Assembly: GCA_030141605.1 (NCBI GenBank)
Contig: JAQGDQ010000107.1
Location: 432,265-496,264, forward strand
Direction of reading: 5' to 3'
Source: Tubiluchus corallicola
Taxonomy: Eukaryota > Animalia > Priapulida
DNA length: 64,000 nt
Shown here: positions 26,900-40,540 of the stretch, in pieces
Layout: each line of letters opens with the position of its first letter
Numbering within the stretch: the first letter of the stretch is position 1
The notes under the pieces: generated by a model
Databases searched by the model: none
Seen by the model: the letters and a program-made list of their open reading frames with translations, nothing else
What the model was told of the DNA's origin: nothing
Translations under genes and position numbers: made by a program

Positions 26900-27175
26900 A
26901 TGGTTGACTGATTGGATTTGGTAGGTTGGCTGGCTCGTTATCTGACTGTTGGTTGTTTGGTGGGCTGGCTGCTTATCTGGTTGTTAGTTGGTTGGTTGAC
27001 GATTGATTGTTGGTTGGTTAGTTAGCTGACTGGTAGATAAGTTGGCTGCCTGATTGTTTTTAGTTGGTTGGTTGATGATTGATTGATTGTTGGTTAGTTA
27101 GCTGACTGATAGGTAAGTTGGTTGCCTGGTTGTTTGACTGTTTGTTTATTGCACTGATTAGTCAGTGAGTCAGTT
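26900..27175. repeat. Degenerate (TTGG/TTGA/CTGG) tract
   Basis: Low-complexity G/T-rich tetranucleotide remnants. Confidence 0.7.
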
Positions 27176-27288
27176 AATCGCTTACAAATTTAAGTTGTAA
27201 AGATAAGCAGTGTTGGGCAACTACATTTGTGAAACTTATAGTACCAGATGGGGATGGATCTTAGCAAAACAGTCAATGACGTCGAGTA

Positions 27289-28151
27289 TATAACTCAAGG
27301 TCAAAGATCTGTTATAACTCAAGGTCAAAGATCTGTTATAACTCAAGGTCAAAGATCTGTTATAACTCAAGGTCAAAGATCAGTTATAACTCAAGGTCAA
27401 AGATCAGTTATAACTTAAGGTCAAAGATCAGTTATAACTCAAAGTCTAAGATCAGTTATAACTCAAGGTCAAAGAGCAGTTATAACTCAAGGTCAAAGAT
27501 CAGTTATAACTCAAGGTCAAAGATCAGTTATAACTCAAGGTCAAAGAGCAGTTATAACTCAAGGTCAAAGATCTGTTATAACTCAAGGTCAAAGATCAGT
27601 TATAACTCAAGGTCTAAGATCAGTTATAACTCAAGGTCAAAGATCTGTTATAACTCAAGGTCAAAGATCAGTTATAACTCAAGGTCAAAGAGCAGTTATA
27701 ACTCAAAGTCTAAGATCAGTTATAACTCAAGGTCAAAGATCAGTTATAACTCAAAGTCAAAGATCAGTTATAACTCAAGGTCAAAGACCTGTTATAACTC
27801 AAGGTCAAAGATCAGTTATAACTCAAGGTCAAAGATCAGTTATAACTCAAAGTCTAAGATCAGTTATAACTCAAGGTCAAAGACCTGTTATAACTCAAGG
27901 TCAAAGATCTGTTATAACTCAAGGTCAAAGACCTGTTATAACTCAAGGTCAAAGATCTGTTATAACTCAAGGTCAAAGATCAGTTATAACTCAAGGTCAA
28001 AGATCAGTTATAACTCAAGGTCAAAGATCAGTTATAACTGAAGGTCAAAGAGCAGTTATAACTCAAGGTCAAAGATCTGTTATAACTCAAGGTCAAAGAT
28101 CAGTTATAACTCAAGGTCTAAGATCAGTTATAACTGAAGGTCAAAGATCAG
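27289..28151. repeat. 24-bp minisatellite, ~36 copies
   Basis: Unit tataactcaaggtcaaagatcagt. Confidence 0.98.
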
Positions 28152-28559
28152 ATACAACACAAAACTGTCAGGACAACAAAGCTTGGTATCTTGTAATATC
28201 ACACGAGGAAGAACTTTTACTGGAATAGTCAAGCAAGGTGTGGGAATGTTTCAAAGTCAAAGATTAAATCAGGAGGTGGCCAACCAAGCTTAGATTGCTT
28301 ATAAAGCAAAATTTTACCCTCTGTACTGTCTTTCACCTTGAATAGAGTAGATGATTCATGCTGAAAGAACTAAAACTCAAAAACTGTTGCAAACTTTAGG
28401 AAACTTTTAGGAACTAAACCGAACAGACAATTTACAGAAGTGGTAAAAAAGCACCATTCGATATCACACAACTAAAAAACACAGACTTACTGGTATCTAG
28501 GATCACCTCTGTTTTACAATGCTTGTCTGTACGAATTAATTTGATGCAAACAAAGCTGG

Positions 28560-29150
28560 TAGTGTGACCATAAAGTCTGGGTACATAGTAAAAACAAACA
28601 CTTTTTAAAAAACAATTTTATTCAATTTTGATGTTGATAAATAATATTTTCAACATGATTTCCATCATTTTCAACGCATAATTTGATGCGTTTTACAAAA
28701 TTCATGTGAATTCGATGGAATAGATTCGCATTGCCGTCGATTTCAGCGCACTGACTGGTAATGCGTTCACTTAATTTTGTGAATTGTTGACCTTGGAATA
28801 CCCAACTCTGCGGATGTCCGACGAAGTGATTTCCTTGGGCTAGCATAAACCTTGGCCAAGACAGCCTCTCTCGTTTCGTATAAAGTCTTGGGGCGTCCAG
28901 AACGAGGTTTGTCCAAGACACTGCCTGTTTGTTTAAACTTCTTGACCAATTTCCCGACGGCAGTAAAACAATTAGGTTGACGATTAGGGTGTCGAAGGTT
29001 AAATTCTTCCCCAATTTTACGATAAGACCATCCTTCTCGTCCACTTTCTTTCTTCCTTAGACAAAGCCATTTTCTTTCTGAGGAGAAAAAATAAAAACAA
29101 ATAAATAAATAGTGAAATCCCCCATGTACCCAGACTTTACGGACACCCTG
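28560..29150 (-). mobile_element. Tc1/mariner-superfamily deletion derivative lacking the catalytic domain
   Basis: TIR core taaagtctgggtacat at both ends; the right end reads cagggtgtccgtaaag on the minus strand next to TA. N-terminus MALSKEER..SYRKIGEEFNLRHPNR..LVKKFKQTGSVLDKPRSGRP..SPRKSLRRTSAELGIPRSTIHKI is joined to C-terminus LSERI...KRIKLCVENDGNHVENII. Confidence 0.92.
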
Positions 29151-29489
29151 TACATTGAAATAAGGAATATTTTACAGTTGTTAAAATCGCATTTGTGCTT
29201 CGGTATTCTAACACTCAGAGAAGCCGTATTTTGTGAGTTTGCCTTACAACCGTTTAGGCTAAAATTTACAAAATGCTCAAGAAGCCACCGCATGTCCTAA
29301 TCGAAGAAAAACGTGGACAAGACGTCTAGTATCTTTTTCCAAATTACACTTACAAATTGGCATGCAAACTGGTTTAGCCAACCAGATTTACATTATTGGT
29401 TTTAGAGCAAATAGAATTACTCATGTCAGTTATACGGCATTTTCTCAAGCTATTGATTATAATGATTATAACATAGATATCAGTACGTT

Positions 29490-29580
29490 ACGTTTTAAGT
29501 GGTCAGGGTGTGTGTATGGCGACAAGCAACGCTAAGGCAAAGGCTGGTCAAGAAATGGATGGGTGACTGGGGTTTCAAGA
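29490..29580 (+). mobile_element. Degenerate 5S-derived SINE-like fragment
   Basis: aagcaacg...ctggt...tggatgggtgac resembles the 5S box A to box C region seen at 40963-41080. Confidence 0.35.
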
Positions 29581-29821
29581 TTTCACACGTCAGACCAATT
29601 CTGTCTGTTTACCTTATAGAGGTAGGGTGTATTCACATTCGAACATGGCTAAGAAAGCTCTGGCGGTTCAGTGGCTCGTCTTAGAAGATTATCATGTACA
29701 TTAAGTAGGCCTAGCATATAATGCTGTAATTATGCTGAAAATCGAATTGTACAAGAAACTATTCTTACTCTGAAACCCGAGTATTACGTAGTAGCAATAA
29801 GTGTTGCAGGTACCAAACCTC

Positions 29822-29890
29822 TGAGGTCGTGGAATCGAACCCGTAACCTTCGTGACGAAAGTGGGTATTCTGCCAATGAGTAAACTCAAC
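29822..29890 (-). pseudogene. tRNA-derived pseudogene or SINE head, copy 1 (Asp/Gly-like)
   Basis: Minus strand tactcattggcagaatacccactttcgtcacgaaggttacgggttcgattcc has an A-box-like motif and B box GGTTCGATTCC. Stems do not pair well. Confidence 0.55.
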
Positions 29891-29992
29891 ATTCAAATGG
29901 CCTACTTTTCTTTCTTTTTTCGAAAATCGCTAGTATTTATTTGTGCTTCGCCTTGCAGTCATGCTTAGAATTACAGTTACAATTGCCTTCTG

Positions 29993-30062
29993 ACAGGTTG
30001 TGGAATCGAACCCGTAACCTTCGTGGCGAAAGCGGGTATTCTGCCAATGAGTGAAGTCGACA
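29993..30062 (-). pseudogene. tRNA-derived pseudogene or SINE head, copy 2
   Basis: Tandem duplicate of 29822-29890 about 171 bp away, including shared flank. Confidence 0.55.
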
Positions 30063-30649
30063 TTCAAGTGACCTGTTTTTCTTTGTTTTCAAAAACCGAG
30101 GGTGTTTATTTGTGCTAGCCTTGCATTTATTGACCATGATCATGCTTTCGTTAGTGACTTAAAATCCTAGCGTCCTTTACTTAAAGATTTTCGTTGTGAC
30201 TGTGTTCACTCATGAACTTTTGACCTTTCCGCAAACTGCTAAAACAAATCGATAAAAATTATGATTAATGATGGCCGTGTAAACTCTAAATTCATATTGT
30301 TAAAATAATATTTGTCAGAGCATTTAATTGCGTGCAATCACCTGTACAGGATCTGTTTACTGATTAAATAATTTCAATCATTTACGACTGGATAGTGGAA
30401 AACATTGAATGCTATTTATATCGGGTGGCGCAGAAAAAATGTGCCTGAAATTTAGACTAGAATAATGTTACAAGCGAGGTCGTCTATAAAGTTTCACTGT
30501 GTGACATTAAAATACATTGAGTTTTGGGTGTGAAAGTTACAAGTTCATAGCTTTAGTGGTTTTTTAGTTTTAACTGAAAGGCTTTTGCATGTTAAAAAAT
30601 TAAATACTGGAACTATGTCAGCTAATCGTCAACTCAGTTCATTTGGTTA

Positions 30650-31250
<601 letters not shown>

Positions 31251-31341
31251 TGAAAAACAGCCACGTTCAGTGACGTAAAAAGCACTCAATACATGGAGCA
31301 AAACAATAAAGGAATCAACCAGCTTACATCATGGTCATCAC

Positions 31342-31616
31342 CAGGGCCTATTTCAGGGGGGGGGGGGGTAAGTGGGGATACTTCCCCGGGGCCTCACCCT
31401 CCAGTGGGGCCTCGCGCCGAGGTAACATTTTTTTCCTTTATGCGAACATTCAATTGTTCTTTCTTTTAACAACTGTATAACTCCATATTTTCTCTTCGAA
31501 AATGCTTCTCCGGCGTTCTAGCAGTTCAAAAATTTTCTGGTGCTTCGCCCCCCCCCCCCGAGGGGACCTCACACGCCCCACTTCCCCGGGCCTCGCTTAG
31601 GCTGAAATAGGCCCTG
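31342..31616. mobile_element. hAT-type MITE, family A, copy 2 (internally shorter)
   Basis: Same TIRs as 6965-7358; perfect 8-bp TSD gtcatcac. Confidence 0.93.
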
Positions 31617-32231
31617 GTCATCACCCGAAAAAATAAAGCAATGATAAAGATTTGCTGCCAAGAAGAAGGGACTTAATCTCAGTGGTGGTTTGTAGCTAAA
31701 ATTAGTGAGGGTGCTGCAAAATTAAAAATTATTTAGCCATTGTTTTAATACTGTGTAAAACAAAACAAAAATGTGTAATTATAATGTTGTAATTGTAATT
31801 TTAGACAAACAAACTAATTTAAACATAAACTTGATAAACTCCTAAACAAAAAATATTGTTTTCTTACGAATAACCTAAATTGTCGAAGTTCAAGAATAGG
31901 CCGATAAACAGCTTTTAAGCACGTGACAACTGACCACACGTACTGAAGTGAGTGACAGTACTCTTTCTACCTAAAGTACAGCGTTTTATCTCAGACATGT
32001 GCGCATGGCCACGTTGTTTATTTAAATTGAATTTTATCGATAATAATGAGTGAAAACAGGGGCTGCTGCAGTACCACAGTACCTATACACGAGCAGCCAC
32101 TGCTTGACCTACTGAACTACGGGCATCTGGAATTCCCCTGAAGAGAATGGGTACAATGGCAGCTCAAAGCTGTTTCGCGCAAAGGAACTAAAGCCCAATG
32201 GTAAAAACTATAGACGCCAAATATACCTTAA

Positions 32232-32683
32232 CCCTTTCACACCCGTTGTATCCCGTGGGATACGAGAATATTTTCTGCCTTTAAAATTAATAAAATTTTA
32301 AAACTGACAGTTATTAGATCTGTTAATAGTTATTTTGATTAAAGCCAATAATAATAGACTAAAAATGGTGATAAAATGACAAACTAGAAAATCTACATAG
32401 CTTAAAAAACTGTGCAAGGTACAGTACTTTAGAGACGACTTTGTACAGATCAGCATAGCGTGCATACTAAATGTCTTAAATACTTTAAAAAATTATCAGC
32501 AGTTGCAAAATGAAGCACATTTTATGCTTCCATTGAATCCCAATGTATCCCGTGGGATACAGGTTATATTTAGCACGCGGGCACAGGTAGAAAAAAAATT
32601 TCGTGTAAATAAGATGGACATACTGAACAAAAGTACAAGCCAAAAAATTTTTCTTATTAAAAAATAATTTGGGACTGAAAGGG
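32232..32683. mobile_element. piggyBac-type MITE, copy 3
   Basis: ttaa|ccctttc...gaaaggg|ttaa; same orientation as copy 2. Confidence 0.93.
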
Positions 32684-33203
32684 TTAAAGAAGCGAAGCAC
32701 TGTCAGCTATTGGGAGGAACGCCTTCATCTATTTTGCAGTGGAAATAGTGGACACATAGAGCACTTGCTGTAACTTGCTGTGACACACGAAGTTTTTTCT
32801 GTCACGTATTTTCTTTTGACTGGTTTTAAAACTTCTGTATCTTTGGAAAAATCTAAGGAATTGCTTAAAATGTTTGGTGTTTACACATAAGTGTCTGTAA
32901 CATCAGTTTCAATTGATTCTATTATTTTCTTCTTATAGCGTCGTGATCAACACTTCGGCACATTTTTTGCGCCGTTTTGTACAACGCTAATACTAATCAC
33001 GCTGTAGTTCCATAATTATACTAGTCGTATTTAGAAAAATTGATAAAATATTTATTGTCCCTGGGATAGATGTCTGAGAACATACGCAGCAGTTGGTTAA
33101 TAATTAATTTTGCGTGTTAAAATATAAGTAAACTAACCAACCATGCAACTTACTGACTTGCGAAGACAACCGGTCGAGACCTTTCATTTGATGTATATCT
33201 CCT

Positions 33204-34269
33204 AAAGAATGGCAAAACTGTAACGGAATATCAAGAATGATAAAGAATGGTAAAACCGAAATGACGTATCAAGAATGATAAAGAATGGTAAAACCGAAAT
33301 GGCATATCAAGAATTATAAAGAATGGTAAAACCGAAATGGCATATCAAGAATGATAAAGAATGGTAAAACCAAAATGGCATATCAAGAATGATAAAGAAT
33401 GGTAAAACCGAAATGGCATATCAAGAATGATAACGAATGGTAAAACCGAAATGGCATATCAAGAATGATAAAGAATGGTAAAACCGGAATGGCATATCAA
33501 GAATGATAAAGAATGGTAAAACCGGAATGGCATATTAAAAATGAAAAAGAATGGTAAAACCGAAATGGCATATCAAGAATGATAACGAATGGTAAAACCG
33601 AAATGGCATATCAAGAATGATAAAGAATGGTAAAACCGGAATGGCATATCAAGAATGATAAAGAATGGTAAAACCGGAATGGCATATTAAAAATGAAAAA
33701 GAATGGTAAAACCGAAATGGCATATCAAGAATGATAAAGAATGGTAAAACCAAAATGACATATCGAGAATGATAAAGAATGGTAAAACCGGAATGACATA
33801 TCAAGAATGATAAACAATGGTAAAACCAAAATGACATATCGAGAATGATAAAGAATGGTAAAACCGGAATGACATATCAAGAATGATAAACAATGGTAAA
33901 ACCAAAATGGCATATCAAGAATGATAAAAAATTGTAAAACCAAAATGGCATATCAAGAATGGTAAAACCAAAATTACGTATCAAAAATGATAAAAACTGT
34001 AAGACCAAAATGGCATGTCAAAGAATGATAAAGAATGGTAAAACCGAAATGGCATATCAAGAATGATAAAGAATGGTAAAACCGGAATGGCATATCGAAA
34101 ATGAAAAAGAATGGCAAAAGCAGAATGGCATATCAAGAATGACAAAGAATGGTAAAACGAAAATGGCATATCAAGAATGACAAAGAATGGTAAAACGAAA
34201 ATGGCATATCATGAATGATAATGAATGGTAAAACCAGAATGGCATATCATGAATGATAAAGAATGGTAA
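33204..34269. repeat. 38-bp minisatellite, ~28 copies
   Basis: Unit aaagaatggtaaaaccgaaatggcatatcaagaatgat, with internal aagaatg sub-repeats. Confidence 0.97.
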
Positions 34270-35536
34270 CCACAGAAATATTGAATTGTACACAGATGTG
34301 TGTACCCTAAGCAAAGTTATTGAAAGCCAAGGAACAATAGACGGGGAGCTAAAACGTTATGCAAATTTTGCTTTACGGCAATCTATTTGCAATTATTGAG
34401 AAATCAATTAACGTTTGAAACTTGTGGCTGCTCGAAGGTTGAAACTCAACGTAATCTGTATATCACCCTTCTCCCCACTACGTGACAACATCCTCACTCT
34501 CCATGCATTTATGCCGCGTTATCAGTTGTCTTCTTCGGTAATAACGCAACGTCTGTGCGTGTATATGTGACGCGTACCCAAGGGAAAAATCCAGCCAAGG
34601 ATAATGCCCGTCAGATTCCCCAATTACCCGTTACCTTGACGTCATCGAAGAAGAGCTTCGCTGTGTCGAATTATTACGCCGGTTAAGTAGATGATTTTAT
34701 GCATTAATGGATTTTCAAGGAAATTTAATTTCTAATAAGCACATCACAAGTCTGGATAGCAGCTCACTAATGGAGCTCATCCGAGCAAAGTCAAGGCGAA
34801 GGCTCTTGTGTGTAGCAGAAAGTTGAAAGATGCTTCTTAGCATTGATCAATTGAATTTCTGCTAAATCTTCACTGAACAGCAGCACGCTCACGAAAGCAC
34901 TTCATTCGAAATCCTTGATGGAGCTTCTTCTATTGTTTAGATTGTTGTGTTTGTCACCATCGTCAGTATCGTCAGTATCGTCATCACTGCCGTATTAATT
35001 AATTAAAAATGTTCGTTGAACGCCATATTTATACTTTCTAAGGCTTTTATTCTGAATAGTCAAACAAACTTATTTTGTCATCTAGAAAGCTTGTTTCTTA
35101 TTGGTGTGAAGTTTGACCTTGACCATGACTTTTGACCTTCAAGCAGTATTAAGTCATTATGTTGTCATTGGTTTTCTGTGTGTAGAGGCTAGACCTTTGA
35201 CATTTTCATTTGTAATTCTCGTGTGTGTCGTTAAAAAACGACATTATTTTAAATTCTGTTGCCGACAAACAAGCTTCGTTATTCTTTGAGCTGTTGTCGT
35301 AGTAGCAGTTCCAGGACAAACTTGGTGTCGAACTCGGGAAAGATCTCATTTATTTGTTTGAAGGCCTTTGCTGAAAGTCTGCAAGCTTTTAATGACACCC
35401 TTTAATTCTTAGGCATTATGAGAACACACTAAAGTGACCCTCAATTACCTACATGTTGTAAACCTTTCTGGATCATAGAGGCTAGTGAGAACATGCGTGC
35501 TCTCTAACATTATGACAGCATACTAAATCTTCTGTG

Positions 35537-36521
35537 CAGGGCTGGATTACCTTATAGGTTAGCATAGACTACCGCCTAGGGCCCCTAAAGCTGGGAGGAG
35601 GGGCACACCTTACGTTGATGAATAATTCATATAACACAAAATGAAATTTAAACTTTGTAAAAGTAGGCAAAGAAGTCTGAAAATCCAATGTTAAAGTGGC
35701 TCCTAATTTGACATAAAAGATTGAAGCCTTTTATTTGAGATAAGGCCCCTGTTTGAAGCCTTTTATTTCAGATAAGACCCTTGTTTGAAGCCTTTTATTT
35801 GAGATAAGGCCCCTGTTTGAAGCCTTTTATTTCAGATAAGACCCTTGTTTGAAGCCTTTTATTTGAGGTAAGGCCCCTGTTTGAAGCCTTTTATTTCAGA
35901 TAAGGCCCCTGTTTGAAGCCTTTTATTTGAGATAAGGCCCCTGTTTGAAGCCTTTTATTTGAGGTAAGGCCCCTGTTTGAAGCCTTTTATTTCAGATAAG
36001 GCCCCTGTTTGAAGCCTTTTATTTCAGATAAGACCCTTGTTTGAAGCCTTTTATTTCAGATAAGACCCTTGTTTGAAGCCGTTTATTTGAGGTAAGGCCC
36101 CTGTTTGAAGCCTTTTATTTCAGATAAGGCCCCTGTTTGAAGCCTTTTATTTCAGATAAGACCCTTGTTTGAAGTCTTTTATTTGAGATAAGGTCCCTGT
36201 TTGAAGCCTTTTATTTCAGATAAGGCCCCTGTTTGAAGCCTATTATTTGAGATAAGGCCCCTGTTTGAGGCCTTTTATTTGAGATAAGGCCCCTGTTTGA
36301 GGCCTTTTATTTGAGATAAGGCCCCTGTTTGAGGCCTTTTATTTGAGATAAGGCCCCTGTTTGAGGCCATTTATTTGAAATGTGGGGCCCCCACTATGCA
36401 AATGTTGCTGAAATATATGATAAGTAAAAAGTATTCGAGACGACTGCGAGCAAGTTAGAGACTGGTTTCGTCTGAGGGGGCAGCATAATTTCATTAGCTT
36501 AGAGGTCATAATCCGGTCCTG
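35537..36521. mobile_element. hAT-type MITE carrying an internal minisatellite
   Basis: TIR cagggctggatta / taatccggtcctg; 8-bp TSD cttctgtg / cttgtgtg (7 of 8 match). Confidence 0.82.
35721..36378. repeat. 32-bp minisatellite, ~20 copies, inside the hAT MITE
   Basis: Unit ttgaagccttttatttgagataaggcccctgt. Confidence 0.97.
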
Positions 36522-36988
36522 CTTGTGTGCATAAGCTTGGTTGCAGACGCCCCCTATAAGTTGAGTCATTGTAAATGTAATCAGTTACCTGGAGTTTTTC
36601 GGGATTTTTGTGAGACCTCGTAATCACTAAGTAGACTAATAAGAAGATCATTACACAATAGAGCTGTCCGATCATCAAGGTGACGACTGTAAATGCTTGA
36701 ATGCGTGTTTCCGCCTTCATTTCCGATGTTTCTGGTTTAATTCTAGCTGTTCAACACGCCTTAGCCCTTAATAATATCAAGTGATCGTAATTTGTTTCAC
36801 ACAATTTGTGCCTTGATTACAGCAAGACTACCAATTTGTGTTCGTGGGTCGATTAATCACGCCTGGCTGACGCGTGACATTTGCGTATGGAGTTAATATA
36901 GCGGTAGCTTAACTACTAAATCTTATTGATAAATAAAATTAATGTGCTTGAAAATTTAAAGCTCAGTTTCTAACGCTTCACGCTAGAC

Positions 36989-37330
36989 CACAACAACAAC
37001 AACGACAACGACAACGTCAACGACAACGACAGCGACAGCAACAGCAACAGCAGCAACAACAACAACAATAATAATATTAATAGCAGCATTAAAATTACAA
37101 CAGCGAATTCAGTATGAGCAAGAGGCAATGGTACGTAGTTGATGTTGATGATGACAACGATGATAATGACGATGATGACGACGACGACGACGATGATGAT
37201 AATAGTAATTATGACTACTACTACGACGACGATGATGATGATGATGATCCTGATCCGGCTGCTGCTGCCGATGATGATGATGATGACTTCGGCAATAAGG
37301 GTGACAATGACGGAAAATGGCAGCAATAGC
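36989..37330. repeat. Compound trinucleotide low-complexity tract (CAA/GAT/GAC)
   Basis: Directly visible; explains ORFs 36970-37414. Confidence 0.9.
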
Positions 37331-37719
37331 AGCGATTATATTGATAATGTTGGAAGACAGAAGAGGAAAAGAAAAGGTCATGTAACGGTGGTGACAAGGA
37401 TGATGACGAGTTAATGATTATTAGTAAAGTTATGGAAAATTGCGTTGTTAAATAAAATATATTTTATAGAATATGTACTATGATGACTGTGAAATTTTTG
37501 CTACATTTTAAGTCTTTTGCATTTTACACGAGATGATGAGATATTTCTATAGTTTGTAATGAAACCCTCGCGTCTTGAATATATCATGTTTTATTATAAT
37601 AATTGTTAATAAAGAATAAATATGAAAAGTTGTTTGCTCCTGGTTCTAATACAATATAAATTTAAACCAAACTCATGGGAACAGTAATACAAACAGACTC
37701 ATGTTTTATTAAGTCTGTC

Positions 37720-38270
37720 ATTTTTTCCTACTTTTCCATTTGTGCCATTGTTTTTTTGCCATTTTTTCTACTTTTCCATTTGTGCCATTGTTTTCTGTTC
37801 CATTTTTCCTACTTTTCCATTTGTGCCATTGTTTTCTGTGCCGTTTTTTCCTACTTTTCTATTTGTGCCATTGTTTTCTGTGCAGTTTTTTCCAACTTTT
37901 CCATTTGTGCCATTGTTTTCTGTGCCATTTTTCCTACTTTTCCATTTGTGCCATTGTTTTCTGTGCTATTTTTCCAACTTTTCCATTTGTGCCATTGTTT
38001 TCTGTGCAGTTTTTTCCAACTTTTCCATTTGTGCCATTGTTTTCTGTGCAGTTTTTTTCCAACTTTTCCATTTGTGCCATTGTTTTCTGTGCAGTTTTTT
38101 TCAACTTTTCCATTTGTGCCATTGTTTTCTGTGCCATTTTTTCCAACTTTTCCATTTGTGCCATTGTTTTCTGTGCCGTTTTTTCCTACTTTTCCATTTG
38201 TGCCATTGTTTTCTGTGCCATTGTTTCCTACTTTTTCATTTGTGCCATTGTTTTCTGTGCAGTTTATTCC
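37720..38270. repeat. ~42-bp T-rich minisatellite, ~13 copies
   Basis: Unit cttttccatttgtgccattgttttctgtgcagttttttccaa with variable T-run lengths. Stop-free in all three + frames, hence three overlapping ORFs. Confidence 0.96.
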
Positions 38271-39202
38271 TGTGCAACTTTTACCGTGCTATGTTTTGTG
38301 TACCATTATTATCTATGCAATTTTTATTTATATTCGTTTCATAATATATTTCAAGCATATATTTTTATCTAATATCACCTTTTTATGCAATGTAAGACTT
38401 TTGCCTTAGCATTTACTGTAAACAAATATTACTGCAAGTTTGTTTTCAGATAAAATTTCATTTTACTGTTTAGTGTTGTTCTGTTGTTTTGCACGTATAT
38501 AATATATATATATTGGCGTGATCTTTTCAATGCCTAGGGGCTCTTGAAGTCTTAATCCGGCTTGCCACCGCTGTCTCTTTCATCTCATATTGCATAATAT
38601 TGCCAATTGGATATGGTTATTAGTCTGTTGTTACCTAAGCAATAGTTCATTTATAAAACCAATGTCTTAACTATTTTTTTGTTGCTGCTGCTTTAGCCAA
38701 TTAATCCCTCGCTATACATAATTATTGTTACTCAGTTACCGCCAATGGCTGTAGTAACAGCTATACCGGGCAACTGTATAAATACAGAAAAGAAAGACTC
38801 TTGTGTGCACTAGTTTTTTGCTGAATTACTACTGTGTTTACCTGTCTTTTATATTAGAATTCTGCTTGCCCAATATCTACAGTAGACGTAATAGGCATAT
38901 GATGACCATGACAATGATGAACGGTTGTGCACAAAACAGGACACTGTTTTCTACCCGGCACAATCTCTCCGAAGTTCTTAATGAATAATTACTAAACCTC
39001 CGCGGCATTATCACCTTTTTTATGATAGCGTTATTAGATAATAAACTGTAGTATCGGTCGTAAACTAAGGCGAAATATTAATATAAACAGGTAATTGAGT
39101 CACTGGGGTGCAGTCATGTCGGACACTGAGACCATGGCCTTGAATGAAACATGATCTTTGTGGACTGTTTCATTTCTGCGCATTTCTTACAATTTCTAAT
39201 TA

Positions 39203-39542
39203 AAGTCAACCATCGTTAAAGCGGACTAATTGGGGGGGGGGTCCGGTTTAGTCGATTGTCCGATTTATCCGATATGCCTATATATGGTCAATATTATACA
39301 GGAATAATCACCTTAATAAGGCCTATATACATTGCACTATATACTGTTCACTATATACTATACTGTATATTACTTTAAAATAGTTAACCTGTGAGGATAA
39401 AGAAATTATTGTAGAGTTGGTAGGCTGTGATGTGTTTAGCGCTCCAGCTCGGACGGAAATCGGTCAGTTTCCTTTACCACGGATGACGTCCGTCTTATCT
39501 GATATTCGGGCTAACGGGATCCGGTTGAACGAGGGTCGACTG
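39203..39542. mobile_element. Tc1/mariner-pogo (Tigger-like) MITE, degenerate
   Basis: ta|aagtcaaccatcgttaaagcgga ... tccggttgaacgagggtcgactg|ta: imperfect TIR with TA TSD. Confidence 0.75.
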
Positions 39543-40540
39543 TATACCTTATGTAATGTATACGCTCAAACCAAAGTTGCGTTTCCATATCTATGTTAGT
39601 TTATTCTGTAAAAAGTGCAAATTTTCTGTAGTCTACAATTACTACCTCAACAAAACTACTGAAATAAGTGCTAGAAAAATAAGTGCTACAGATTACTACG
39701 TTACACTAAAAAGCTAAAAATGTATACATACATTGTTGGTCCAATATTGAGTCGAGAAAAAGCCAGAATGTCAGTAAAGGTACCAGTATAATTATAAGTC
39801 AAATTTTAAATGTAACAGAGACGTGTGTACATAATAAGTTTCACCTATACAATGTCAGAGTAGAAAAAGTAGTCTAGCTTGTTGAACTACAGTCTAATAT
39901 ATTGTGGCTTCTAATGCATATACTACCTTGGGAAGGGGTAATGGACCAAAACATTTGTACCTGCAAAACCTATGTTGAAAACACTCCTCGACACTGGCCT
40001 GCTCTATTTGCTTAAACGTTGATTATCAGCCTACCAAAGTCGAATAACACGCTTCTTTGGCCATCTTGACAATGCAGATTAGTGCAACAGACTTACCTCG
40101 GTCGTACCAAACTTTACTTGATCTGCTCATTAATACCCATTACAATTACATGTATATCTTTGCCATCTCGGTAGAATCTTAATTAGTTTCTGCGTAACTT
40201 TTTCAGTTTCAGTTGGGGATGTGACCCGAACATGGCCAATGTCAAGTTAGAACCAGATTGTCCTAATGCTGAGATCAATAAATTTACCCAATGACCCAAT
40301 AAAGAACGTGTAAACTAGATAAGTAGACTCTGGGAGAGGGTTCAGTACAATATGACTATAAATCAAAGGAAAGTAATTTAGTAAGTGGCTTGGTCTTTTC
40401 AAGTATGTGATAATTATGTGTTAAGTAATGATTAAAGTATCTTCTTTTAGCAGTAATTCTTTCTAGTCACATGTGTCTAAGTCGTGTTTACGCAAAATTT
40501 ACTAGATATATTAGAAAAATGACTTAACTTGAGTGATATT

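Noticed and set aside
37675-38409. Three overlapping 200-244 aa hydrophobic ORFs
   Set aside because: Artefact of a stop-free T-rich minisatellite.
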